From Chlorokybus atmophyticus (taxonomy: Eukaryota; Plantae; Mesostigma and Chlorokybus algae): 64,000 nucleotides of DNA. The position numbers and the translations under genes are program-made. The notes beneath the pieces were generated by a model that did no database searches, was not told where the DNA came from, and was given only the letters and a program-made list of their open reading frames with translations. The DNA lies in the NCBI GenBank assembly GCA_009103225.1, contig RHPI01002630.1, positions 1-64,000 of the forward strand, written 5' to 3'. This document shows positions 35,790-47,116 of this stretch, piece by piece (positions within the stretch are counted from its first letter, which is position 1; each line of letters opens with the position of its first letter).

Positions 35790-36499
35790 ATGCTCGCGCA
35801 TGACAACCGGCAAAAGCAATGCGCCGATGCGCGTCGCAAGGATGTTGTGTTCGAGGAGGGTGACCTTGTAATGCTTTCAACCAAGCATGTGCAGCTGGTC
35901 ACGGGGGTGCGCAAGCTGAGTGAGCGATGGTTTGGGCCCTTTAAAGTGATCAAGGTCATCTCGAAGGTGGCCTACAAGCTGGAGCTGCCCAATACCATGC
36001 ATGTGCACCCTGTTTTTCATGTCTCGCTTCTTAAAGGTTATCGAGGGGAGCCACCAGCTCGTCCGCCTCCAGATGTGGTTTGTGAAGGTGAGGCTGAGTG
36101 GGAAGTGGAAGCAATTGTCACGGACAAGCTGATCCGAGGCGTGCGCAAGTATTTGGTGAAGTGGCGTGGCTATCCAATGCACGAGGCGACATACGAGCCC
36201 GAGGAGAGCTTTACCAATGCCAAACAGGTCTTGCAAGACTACAAGGCCAGAGGAGGCAGTCGTCAGCTTCGAGGACGAAGCTCCCCCGGGGGGGAAGGGG
36301 TGTAACAGCCTGGGGCATTTTTTGTATTTTATTGTACATAAAGTACTTATTTTGCCTTTTTTGCTGGCTTGATGAGGGCTTTTATGAGCTTTATTAAGCC
36401 CATGTGGCGCCTGCCCCTGCTGCCGCGCGCGACTCGCCTGCGACCTGCTCGACAGCAGCTAATTCGGCGACGTGACCCACCTGCCACGCGGTTGTGACA
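35790..36499 (+). mobile_element. Ty3/gypsy chromovirus 3' fragment: integrase C-terminus + chromodomain, PPT and 3' LTR
   Basis: KLSERWFGPFKV...YKLELP..MHVHPVFHVSLLK and EWEVEAIV..RKYLVKWRGYPMHEATYEP. PPT ggggggggaagggg 36288-36300. LTR starts TGTAAC at 36301, with a tentative end TGTGACA at 36499. Confidence 0.88.
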
Positions 36500-36799
36500 C
36501 AGCCGCTGACTGGACACGCGCTGTGCAGTGCCAGGTGACGCGGACTGCACAGTCACACAGCCGCCGAAGGCCCAACGCGCGTGGCGGGGAGCCTGCGCTT
36601 GGACCTGCCTTTAGATTTGGTAGTGAATCATGAAATGCCTGTTAATTAGGCTATTTCTTCCTAGTGCTTGTATAAATAAAAAAACCCTGTGTAATGCAAC
36701 CAACTTTGTTTTCTGCTCTCTGCTGTGAGTATGCTGGTGCATGCTTGAGGGAGTTGTGGTCCAAGGCACACTGCTGCGTTCTTGCTTGGCGTGAGAAGT

Positions 36800-39700
36800 A
36801 GTAGTGTTCATGTGCGTGTGCGCGCTCGACGCGTGCGTGCGTGCGCGAGTGAAGGCAAGGTTTCGGTGTGAAGATTGTGCTCAGCTGCACACGTGTGTTG
36901 TATGACTTGTGTGCTGTATATGTGAGCACGAGCATCGTTACAGTCCCGGAGCATGCCTCGACGCATGAGACTGCGCCTGTCTTTAACAAGCGCTACTGTT
37001 ACTTTGTTGTCATGGGGATCAATTCCCTCAAACCACTGGCCCTTGACCTGCCAGCAAGAAGGGATATTCATCAGCCATTTTCATACTACTATTTCAATTT
37101 ACTATCATCACACCAAGCACACGCCAACACGATTGCAACACAGCCACTTACCAGGTTGCAATCAAGGTAGGTTTGTTCTGCAAAGCGGGGCTTGTCTTTT
37201 CTTAGGATTGCAATTCCTCCACTGTGCTGGACTTGGTTGCTCATGTACCACCTAGCTCTGAGCAGCTGGTGCTCCCGACCAGCTATCACCACAACATCAA
37301 AAGATTGCACCCTGCCATACCAATGGATCTTGGTTGGGTCATCTGAGTCACGCCCAACGGTAAACACGCCACAGTCCATCGTGCGGAGTTTCTTCTCCAT
37401 TTCCTCTGCTCTGAACTGACCGATGTCCTTGTAGCGTGCTCTGAAGTATCGCTTGATGTACTTTGGAAAGATTGGACCGCTCAACAGCTCCATCTCGTGC
37501 TTTGTAAGCTCCCTAGCAGGTCCACGCCAGTGATGCAGCTCAGTCATATGCTCCATGTCCTTTGCCAAGACATGTCCTTGTTTTTGAGCCCTTTCCCTTG
37601 CCATCCTGCGTTTGTTCACCTCCCGACTGAACTCTCTGTGTAGCAGCAACCCATAAATAAATCATACTGTCTGCGCGTTGGACATCACGTACAAAACAGC
37701 AACTCCCAAAGCAACTTACTCTTTTAACAGCCTGTATTCATCGTCATTCTCAGCCAACCACCACTTGAGCTCCTGCCTTGTCTTACTATCTTTATCCCCA
37801 ACCTCAATACGGTGTCTCCGTCCGCAGAGCACATAGTCGTCATCATCTCATTGCTTGCCCGATCGCAAACTGATGTCGGAGAAAAGTCGCTTCAAGGTGT
37901 CCATGTAAGTGTTCAGCATGAGCTGGATAGAGTATCTGCAGATGCAACTGGCACTTGAACAAGGCAAACAATGTGGAAAGTTTGCACGTAACTCTCAGTG
38001 GGCTCACACAAAACTTGCCTTTTGCAGATGCTTGCTTCCACATGCTGCCTTGCAAATATCATGCGCTTCACCCACTGCATAAAGCGTTCATGTGCCCACT
38101 CCCAGTGGTCACGCGTCGGACCAAGCCACATGCACTGCTCTGGTAGATGGCCAAGGAGGTGCAGCATCATTGTGAGAGAAGTTCGCGGGAAGAACAGCTC
38201 CACTTCAGACTGTGCCTCATGCACCAGCACCTGCACTAAGTACTAAGCTATGCATGCCATAGGAGCTGGGCATGCAGAGTAAAGTGTTATTAAAGCCAGC
38301 CTTCAATTCTTCGAGGTGTGACTGCTTTACTTCCAATGCAGTAAGCCGTTGATAAGTGTCGCATAGTTTGAAGATGGTTCTCTTCTGATTTTCTCCAATG
38401 TCGTGTGCAGAGCGCAGCACGTACTGAAAAACGACCGACCATAAGTTGTGCTTGTCGTGCAATTTCATCAAGCCCGCATGCTCCATGTCAAAAGTTCCAT
38501 GCATGGAGAATCATTGCTTTAGCGTAAACACAAAACATATAACGGCTATCTCACCTAAATGCTTTGTGAAAGACTGCAGTTTCGAGCCGAAAGTGCTTGA
38601 AACCCTCACGCCGGAGAGCAATTGCTCAACCAGTCCTACATCTGTGATTGTCCATGGAGCCTGGGGTTTTACCTTGACTGCGACTTCCTTTCCATCCTTC
38701 ATCTTCATCTCTGTCTGCAGCACATAGGTTCAAGTCCTTGGTTAATTCCAACTATGGCACATGTCAACGAGGCCGACTACATACGTACCTCTAGCCAGAG
38801 TTCAGGCATGCGGCCTTGCTGCTGCAGATCTTCTCGTGATTCGATGCTGTCGCGCAAGCCAGCTAGGAGATTTGCAAAGTTGGTTGCCAGGTTGGCAAAA
38901 ATGTGCATAGGGCCAACCACATGACCTTTGACAGATTTTTGTAACGGTAGCCAATATGGAAGGTCGTGAAAACAGCTCAGTCCAAGGATGCCGGAGGTCT
39001 TTGAAGGATGTCTCTTGGAGTGCAGTGGACGCTTGCTGTTGCGAGATGTCATAGCATACCTGATCACATGGCATCCATTGCTGACATACCTATGTTCTGC
39101 AACCGAATGCGCAATCAACTGAGATTGCTCACCTGTACACGCTCTCTGCAGTCCGCATGGGTGGTGGAGGTCTGTGTTCTGGTTGCGGCCAACGCTCATC
39201 AACTCTGTAAGGATGGTCATCCGGTAGGTACCGGCGGTGGCCTTGATTGATCACCTTTTGAGAAGTTCCACATGTTCTCCACTGCACTCGCACTTTGAAC
39301 AGCCAAAGATGGCTCCATGCGCCATCTGCAAGGCAGCTCTTGCCAGAGCTGCGCAACCAACATGATGTACTTCAGTAGCCACAACCATGGTTGCAAGGAC
39401 AGTCCGATATACAGATACAATCAGACACTGATAACAGTAAGTGCAAACACTGCTGCTGCTTGCGTACCTGGGTAATCATGGGTTACAATCTCCAGAATAG
39501 ATCTGCCACGGGAAACTGCGTCGCGGTGGCTGTCATATATGTCTATACCTACAACAAATGCCAGCAGATTACATGCCTCAGTCATGCGCATTTGTCAAGC
39601 ATGACTGCAGTAATGGAAGCTGCTTATCCTAGCTGCGTTGAAACCATATCTTCTCAGAGATCTCCCAACTGGTTAATAATTGGCTTGAGATAAGCCTGTA

Positions 39701-40076
39701 GATTCTCTGGCTGTTTGGGTCCAAGGATTACAGCAGCTAGAAATGTAGTGTCTGTCTTGTGCATCTTGGCAATGGGCAGGTTCAACACTGAGATTGTGAC
39801 AACCCAAAACTCATAGTTCCCTGCAACTCAACAAACCCTTTGCTGCCATTCGTACAGTTACACTGCAACGAGCAGACAGGAAGAAAAATGCTCTTTTATA
39901 CCTTTGTGCGGATCTTTGACCGGGCTCATCCCGTCGATGAACATCGCTAGGCGCACATTGCGTGGTTCTTTTGCAAACCGGCTGTAGCGTTGTTCAGTGT
40001 CCTTGAACATTGGCGAGTCTGACAGCAGCAAGTACACCAAGGGCTTACGACCAACTGCCCCAGCCCCACAACACAT
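36800..40076 (-). mobile_element. tnpD: Second CACTA-type TnpD transposase gene, 5' part disrupted by the LTR nest
   Basis: DSPMF..EPRNVRLAMFIDGMSP, HRRYLPDDHPYR, HDLPYW...VGPMHIFAN, FFPRTSLTMMLHLLGHL...GPTRDHWEWAHERFM, WYGRV...RARWY. Termini not found. Confidence 0.85.
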
Positions 40077-40101
40077 TCAAACATGCATACAATCGCAAGG
40101 C

Positions 40102-40300
40102 TGGATACTGAGGTCTTACATACCGCCCCAGCACCTCGCCGACACACAAACAAACACAGGCAAGGACACCGAGGTCTTACATGCCGCCTCAGCGCCACGC
40201 CGACACACAAACAAACACAGGCAAGGACACCGAGGTCTTACATGCCGCCTCAGCGCCACGCACACAAAAGCACAAGGCACGGACACTGAGGGCTTGCATT
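40102..40300. repeat. 61-bp minisatellite, ~3.5 copies (duplicate at ~49910-50100)
   Basis: Unit ggacaccgaggtcttacatgccgcctcagcgccacgccgacacacaaacaaacacaggcaa in head-to-tail copies without spacers. Confidence 0.9.
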
Positions 40301-40389
40301 GGACTGCCCCAGCCGCTCACCAACACAATCATGCACACAGTCGTGCCTCATTTACCACTGAACTTGGCAATGTTACCGTGTATAGATCG

Positions 40390-40639
40390 CTTGTTGGAAA
40401 GCTTGTTGGAAAGCTCTAGTTGTAAGGAAGACAACGCAGCTTAGAGCGCGTTAAAAGGCTGAGTATAGCTTGCGCAGTACTTGCAAACGTAGACGTGTGT
40501 GTAACTGGCTGGTATAAGAACCAGCGGACAACTTGTAATAGATGAATGTGATGTGACTTGTGTATGCTCTGGTGGCGGTAGCTCTGTCTCTGTGTGTCTA
40601 TGCTTGCCTCAACTACATGTGCATGCTAGTCCTTCAACA
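40390..40639 (+). mobile_element. Truncated family-A LTR (opposite orientation) abutting copia-C RT
   Basis: Reverse complement of the first ~240 bp of 29236-29659, ending ...ctagtccttCAACA at 40639. No PBS follows. Confidence 0.9.
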
Positions 40640-43600
40640 AGTACTTTTTGGGCATTGTCATTGACAGGGATAGGCGGTCTAAGACTGCAAAGATCAGCCA
40701 GAAGCAGATGGTTTGCAGGCTTGTGGACAAATTTGGGCTGCAAGAGGCCAAGGTTAAGGCTACACCCTTGGCGGTAGGAGTCAGACTTGTGAAGTCTGAG
40801 AGTGAGGCAGATCTGCTGGACAAGACTCGGTACCCCTACAGCACTTTGGTTGGGAGTCTTTTGTACTTGTCAGTCAGTACTAGGCCGGACATTTCCCATG
40901 CCGTGGGAGTCTTAGCCAGGTACATGTCTGACCTACCATGGAGCACTGGAGGGCTACAAAGGCGTGCATGCGCTATGTGGCTGGGACTTCCAGTGTCGGC
41001 ATTACTTTTGGTGGAGGACTAATAGGTCTGGAGGGCTATTGCGATGCAGACTACGCAGGAGACTTAGACTTCAGAAGGTCTACCACGGGCTACACATTCT
41101 TGTTGAATGGTGGAGTCATCAGTTGGAGCAGCAAGCTACAGCCCACTGTTGCAGTGTCTACTGCAGAGGCGGAGTACATGGCTGCATGCCAGGCAGTCAA
41201 GGAGGGGCTTTGGTTGCGCAAGCTGCTTGCAGACTTGGGTCCAGACCAAACTGTCATTCCCATGCACTGCGACAACCAAGGGGCTATTCGGCTCTTGAAG
41301 CACCCCATTGTTTCAGTCATGTCTAAGCACATTAATGTCATGCATCACTTTGTGCGGGAGCGCGTGGCGCGTGGAGAGGTGGAGTTCATCTACTGCAAGA
41401 CCGAAGACATGCTTGCAGACTTTATGACGAAGGCTTTAACCCCTGCCAAGTTTAAGACCTGCTGCATGGGTCTAGGCATCTACTAAGCTGCCTGCGTGGG
41501 AGTGTTGGAATTTAAGACAAGGTTTAGCCGTCCTAAGACTCTAGTCAGCTTGGTCTAGCTAAGTACTCATGAGTTTCGTACTTAGTAGACTCAGTTTCGT
41601 AAAAAACCGTCAGTCTTGACAGTTTAGACCGTTTATGACTCTTTTTGGGTCATATGCTGACTAGACCCGCCTTGTATACTATTGTGAGCTTGTATATCGA
41701 TTTCTTTGCAGTGTTGACCGTTATTGGGTATAAAGGGACGCCCACACACGTTGAACTTGGTTCACTTTGCTTGTGCTTGAGTCTGGTGGCGGCGGAAGCC
41801 TTGGCCTGGGCGTGGTCTGGACTGGTCGGGTCTGGCGTGGTCTAGTCTGATCTTTTCTGTGCAGAATATATCATAGTTTGCAGTGTTCTCTACATGTATA
41901 GCATATGACACTTATGTGCTATTGTCCAGTCAGCTTAGCTAGCCCTATTGTAGCTTATTAAGTTAGTACTTGATAAGCTACTCATAGACTGCAGTTGTAT
42001 GTATAGGCCGCATGCAGTTAGGACTGGCACAGTCTGGTCTGGTCTTTGGTAGGACCCAGACTGAGGGCCCAGAGCCAACAGGCCGCGGGTTATTAAGTTA
42101 GTTCACTCTCTGGTCAGTACCTCTGGCGGTGTAGCTTTGCTCTTACCACTGTGCTGTGTATGCTTGTTGTGCATGGTTGTATGCATCATCTCTAGTCAAC
42201 AGGTTATGGGCTCACGTCTACATGTGTAGAGCTAGCTACTGTGAGAGAGTGTTCTCCTCTGTGTATGGGGTTGTTGGCGCTGATTGCTGGAGCTGAGAGG
42301 TGCAGCGGACAAGCAGGAGGACTGTGGGGTTCAGCTGTGAAGTTCAGTCAGCAGGAGAGTTAGCAGGATGGCAACCACTGGATTAGAGAAGGAGAAGTTC
42401 ACCATTAAACCCTTGGGAGATAACAACTACGCCAGCTGGAGCTTTGAGATGAAGATGAAGATCATCTACAAAGAGTTGTGGGACTACGTGGACCCAAAGG
42501 GGAGTGCGCCAATTGGTAACGAGTCTGCATGGATGCGAAGCGTGCTTTGCGTGCTTTGGCTTTGATGAGTATGCATGTTGAGCCCTTCCATAGGCCACTG
42601 CTACATATGCAATCTGATGCCAAGCATGCATGGGAAGCTTTAGAGAATATGTTCTCTACACGCTCTGTTGGTCGTAAGATTGAGCTCAAGCAAGCGTTCA
42701 ACAACATGAGGAAGCTTGCTAGTGAGACAGTCGCAGAGTATTTGGGACGTGCACAGAAGCTCATAAATGATTTGACCTCAATTGGAGATTCAATCTCAGA
42801 GGATGATCTGTGCTTGAATGTACTGTCTGGGTTGCCACGAGAGTTCGAGATTGTTGTGATCATGTTGGAGGGTATTAGTACCACTCAGAAGTTAACCCTT
42901 AAAGAGATTTTGTCTATGCTGTTGAAGGCAGAATCTATGATCAGGGGCAACGAGGCTGATGGAGAGTCCAGTGCGTTCGCTGCTCAAGCGCAGTCATCTG
43001 GAGGAGCTGGTACCAGCGGCAACAACAATGGCAACAAGGGTGGAGATCAGAAGAATCAGAAGAAGCCTTTCCAAGGGAAGTGCTTCCATTGCAACCAAAT
43101 TGGGCACCGAAAGAGTGATTGTTAGCAGCTGAGGTTAGCAAAGGGCAGTCAGGGTGGACAGAAAGGAGTGGGTGGAGCAGTTGCCTTCACAGCATCCATA
43201 GAGATCAGGCGTCATCCTGGGTGGGTGTTCGATTCTGGCTGTACACAGCATTTGACTCCTGATGCTGGGCTGCTACTCAACTACAAAGTTCAATGCAGTC
43301 CACGGAGTGTGGAGGTTCTGGGTGGACAGTTGGAGGTAGCGGGTACAGGCCAATCGGTGCTTCATTGTAAGACAGGAGAAGGTGTGTACAGGGTGGAGCT
43401 GAAGGAGGTTCTTCATGTTCCTAGTGCACAGGCTAGCCTCTTTTCCATGAAGGTCGCATTGAAGGCTGGAGCTGATTTGTCAGGCAAAGGAGCAGAAGTT
43501 TGTCTGCGCGTTGATGGCAAGGTGTGTCTTATCGCTAGAGAACAGCAGGGCGGCCTTTACCTTATAGAAGAAGCTGAGACTGACAAGGCACTGGTGGCGA

Positions 43601-46600
43601 CAGTTCCTGAGTCAGCTGAACTTTGGCATCGAAGGTTTGGGCATCTTGGCTACGACAACCTGCATCGTTTGGTAGCAGAAGATCTGGTCAGCGGCATCAA
43701 TGTGAGCAAGCTGCAGACCAAGCAGACCAAAGGAGTGTTGTGTGAGCCATGTATGTTGTCCAAGATGCATAGGCAACCTTTTCAGCAACCTGAGAGCGTC
43801 AGCGAGCATGTTGGACAGTTGGTACACACAGATGTGTGTGGTCCGTTACCAGAGCCATTGAAAGGGGGAGCATCTTACATTGTCACCTTCCTTGATGACT
43901 TCTCCAAGCTGTCATTGGTGCGTCATATGAAGCTCAAGTCATATGTACCAACTGTGGTGAAAGAGGTGGCGCTGTGGTTGAAAAATGTGTCTGGCAAATC
44001 TGTGAAGACAGTGGGAAGTGACAGAGGAGGGGAGTACCTAAACAAAGAGCTGTCTGCATTCTGGTCTTTGCAAGGCATTGTGCATCAGACAACAGCCCCG
44101 TACACTCCGCAGCAGAGCGGCTGAATCTGACTTTGATGGAAAGGGTGAGAGCCATGCTGAGTGATGCAAAGTTGGAGTATTGCTGGTGGGCAGAGGCGGT
44201 CTTGACAGCCAACTACATTAGAAATAGATCGCCAGTGCGCTCAAGCAAAAACTCCGTGGGAGCTGTTCTTCACGAAAGCTCCTGATGTCAGCAACATGCG
44301 AGTGTTTGGCTGCACTACATATGTGTTATGTGTTGATACCAAAACAGAAAAGGAAGAAGCTGGAGCTAGTGAGCAAGAAAGGCCCATTCCTTGGCTATGA
44401 GCCTGACTCCAAGGCTTATAGAGTTTTGCTGGAGGATACTCAAAAGATTGTGATCAGCAGAGAAGTTGTCTTTCATAAAGCCGTGGGAGCTCAGCAACTG
44501 CAGGAGATCAGTGACAGTGACTCTTCAGGTGAAGATGTCAGATCTGATGATGATCAGCAACAGCCTGAGTCCAGCACTGCAACCACTGCTCCTTATTTGG
44601 TGGACAGTAATTCTGATGGAGAAAGGGAGCTCAGCCCTAAGAAAGTGAGCAGAGCTGCAAGCAGATATGACAGGAGTCATCGAAAGCAGCAAAACCAACA
44701 GCAAGGTAGGGGGCATTATCCTGGGCGCGACAGGAAGGGTCCTGTTCATTTTCACAAGGAGTTTGGCTATATGGCGGGCTCAGATTCACAGAGTGTGGAG
44801 CCAGCGACATATGAAGAAGCACTCCTGCGGACTAATGCAAAAAGTTGGCGTCAGGCAATGGATTGCTCAAAAAATGAAGAGATAGCCTCGTTGCATGCCA
44901 ATGCAACACGGGAACTTGAAGTTCCACCTGCAGGGTCAAGCCTATTCGTGTCAAGTGGGTGTTCGAGGTGAAGAGGGACGGCAATGGCAACATTGAAAGG
45001 TACAAAGCCAGGTCGGTTGCCAAGGGGTTTTTGCAGCAAGAAGGAGTGGACTTCAATGAGGTGTTTGCACCTGCGGGGAAGTTGGCAACCTTCAGAGCTA
45101 TGGTGGCAGTTGTGTCAGCAGACAACCTGGAGCTCCATCACTTGGATGACAAGACAGTGTTTCTGTATGGGGAGCTGGAGGAGAGAATCTACATTCAGCA
45201 ACCAAGAGGGTATCAGAAGGGGCCACCTGGTACAGCATGCAGATTGGTGAAGGCGTTATATGGCTTGAAGCAGGCACCACGGGTGTGGCATGCAAGACTG
45301 TGCAAGGAGCTCCGGAAGCAGGGGTTTACAGCAAGTCTAGCAGATCCAAGCTTGTTCTACCACGAGAGCAAGCAAGTGTGGCTATTGGTGTACGTGGACA
45401 ACATTCTGATTGCAGCGTCAGGATTGTTAGGGGTGCAGCGAGTGAAGACTCAGCTGCAGGCTGTGTTCGAATGCAGAGACTTGGGCGAGACAGCATACTT
45501 CTTGAGTATGGTTGTCATCAGAGACAGAGCTGCTGGAACCATCACCATTGCGCAAGAGCAAGCGGTGAGGCAGTTGGTGACAAAGTGTGGTCTCGACAAT
45601 GCGAATGTCAGAGAGGTGCCACTGAGCGTGGGAGTTCAGTTGGTAAGAGCACTGGACAGTGACGAAGAGCTGGATAAGGCAAAGTATCCCTACTGTGAGC
45701 TTGTAAGGAGCCTTCTTTATCTGTCCATAGCTTCTCGGCCCGACATTGCGCACGCTGTGGGACAGTTGGCGAGGTACATGTCTGCTCCAACAATGCAGCA
45801 TTGGTTGGCAGGAAAAGGTGTGTTACGCTACTTGTCAAGGACAGCAACAATTGGCATCCAGTATGGGCTGGGCAACCAGGAGTTGCAAGGCTACTGTAAT
45901 GCAGATTATGCTGGTGACTTGGATACCAGAAGGTCTACCACTGGATATGTCTTCAAGCTAAATGGTGGAGTGGTTAGTTGGAACAGCAAGCTGCAACCAA
46001 CAGTGGCAGCTTCCACTACAGAAGCAGAGTACATGGCCTCTGCAGCAGCGGCGAAGGAGGCATTGTGGCTTAGGTAACTGCTATAAGACCTTGGTCATCC
46101 ATGTGGAAGCGTGGAGATGCGCTGTGACAACCAAGGAGCAGTCAAGCTACTGAAGAATCCCATACCCTCAGCGAGGAGCAAGCACATTGATGTGCAACAT
46201 CACTTTGTGAGAGACAGAGTGGCGAGGAATGAGATTGAGTTTGTCTTCTGTGGCACTGAGGAGATGCTGGCTGACTTCATGACGAAGGGACTGCCTGTGA
46301 AGAAGTTCAAGGCATATTGTGAAGGACTGGGCATCAGGGCAGTGAAGATGAAGACAATAAAAACCGAGTTCTGAGGGTTCAGAGCTGGCCAAGCTGCCTG
46401 ATGGAGTGTAGAGAATATAGCATGGTTTGCAGTGTTTGCCTACATGTATAGCATATGACACTTATGTGCTATTGTCCAGTCAGCTTAGCTAGCCCTATTG
46501 TAGCTTATTAAGTTGCTACTTGACAAGCTACTCATAGACTGCAGTTGTATGTATAGGCTGCAGGCAGTTATGACTGGTACAGTCTGGTCTGGTCTTTGGT

Positions 46601-46844
46601 AGGACCCAGACTGAGGGCCAGAGCCGACAGGCCGCGGGTAATTGAGTTAATTCACTCTTTGGTCAGTATCTTTGGCGGTGTAGCTCTGCTCTTACCACTG
46701 TGCTGTGTATGCTTAAGCAACCATGCGCAACAAGCTTGTTGTGCATGGTTGCATGCAGCATCTCTAGCCAACATTTTCTGCTTGCATAGACGGTTTGAGG
46801 GTGTTGTGTTGTGTGTCTACGCCTAGGAAGCTTGCATCTCAACA
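40640..46844 (+). mobile_element. Copia family C 3' remnant (RT C-terminus/RNase H 40640-41486, PPT, 3' LTR 41503-41857 + 46779-46844 split by copia-B)
   Basis: YFLGIVIDRD, YCDADYAGD, KHINVMHHFVRE. PPT gcctgcgtgggag, then TGTTGG at 41503. The LTR resumes after the TTTTC TSD and ends tctCAACA at 46844. Confidence 0.8.
41858..46773 (+). mobile_element. Full-length but degenerate copia family B element inserted in the copia-C LTR
   Basis: LTRs 41858-42201 and ~46408-46773. TSD TTTTC (41853-41857, 46774-46778). PBS GGTTATGGGCTCAC at 42202. gag-pol 42368-46374 is broken by several frameshifts and stops. Confidence 0.92.
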
Positions 46845-46882
46845 TTCCACACAGAGCCCTGACTTGTTACCTTTGTTTGCAG

Positions 46883-47036
46883 GAGAAAATGGCCGCCATC
46901 TACACCATGACTGTCGAGGCGCACCAAGCTCATACACTTGGCCTGGCTGCCATAGAGAAAGCTCTTACCCGGCAGGTTGTATCGTTTGAACTGCAGCAGG
47001 AGGAAAGGGAAAAGCATTGGGAGAAGAAGATAACAG
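46883..47036 (+). other. Orphan coiled-coil exon between LTR elements (duplicate at 56689-56842)
   Basis: tttgcag|EKMAAIYTMTVEAHQAHTLGLAAIEKALTRQVVSFELQQEEREKHWEKKIT|gtattc. Confidence 0.45.
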
Positions 47037-47116
47037 GTATTCCTTTAAACATGCTAGAAGAAGTTCCTCTCCAAGGAGATGCAAGACGCGCTGCGTGTCA
47101 TTGTCAATGAGCACAT

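Noticed and set aside
35784-36806. CACTAC (35784) ... GTAGTG (36801) as a small CACTA element capturing the chromodomain
   Set aside because: The flanks (TGA/TTC) do not form a TSD, and similarity does not extend beyond the hexamer.
40102-40300. 61-bp repeats as a CRISPR array
   Set aside because: Head-to-tail units with no unique spacers, eukaryotic context, no cas genes. It is a minisatellite.
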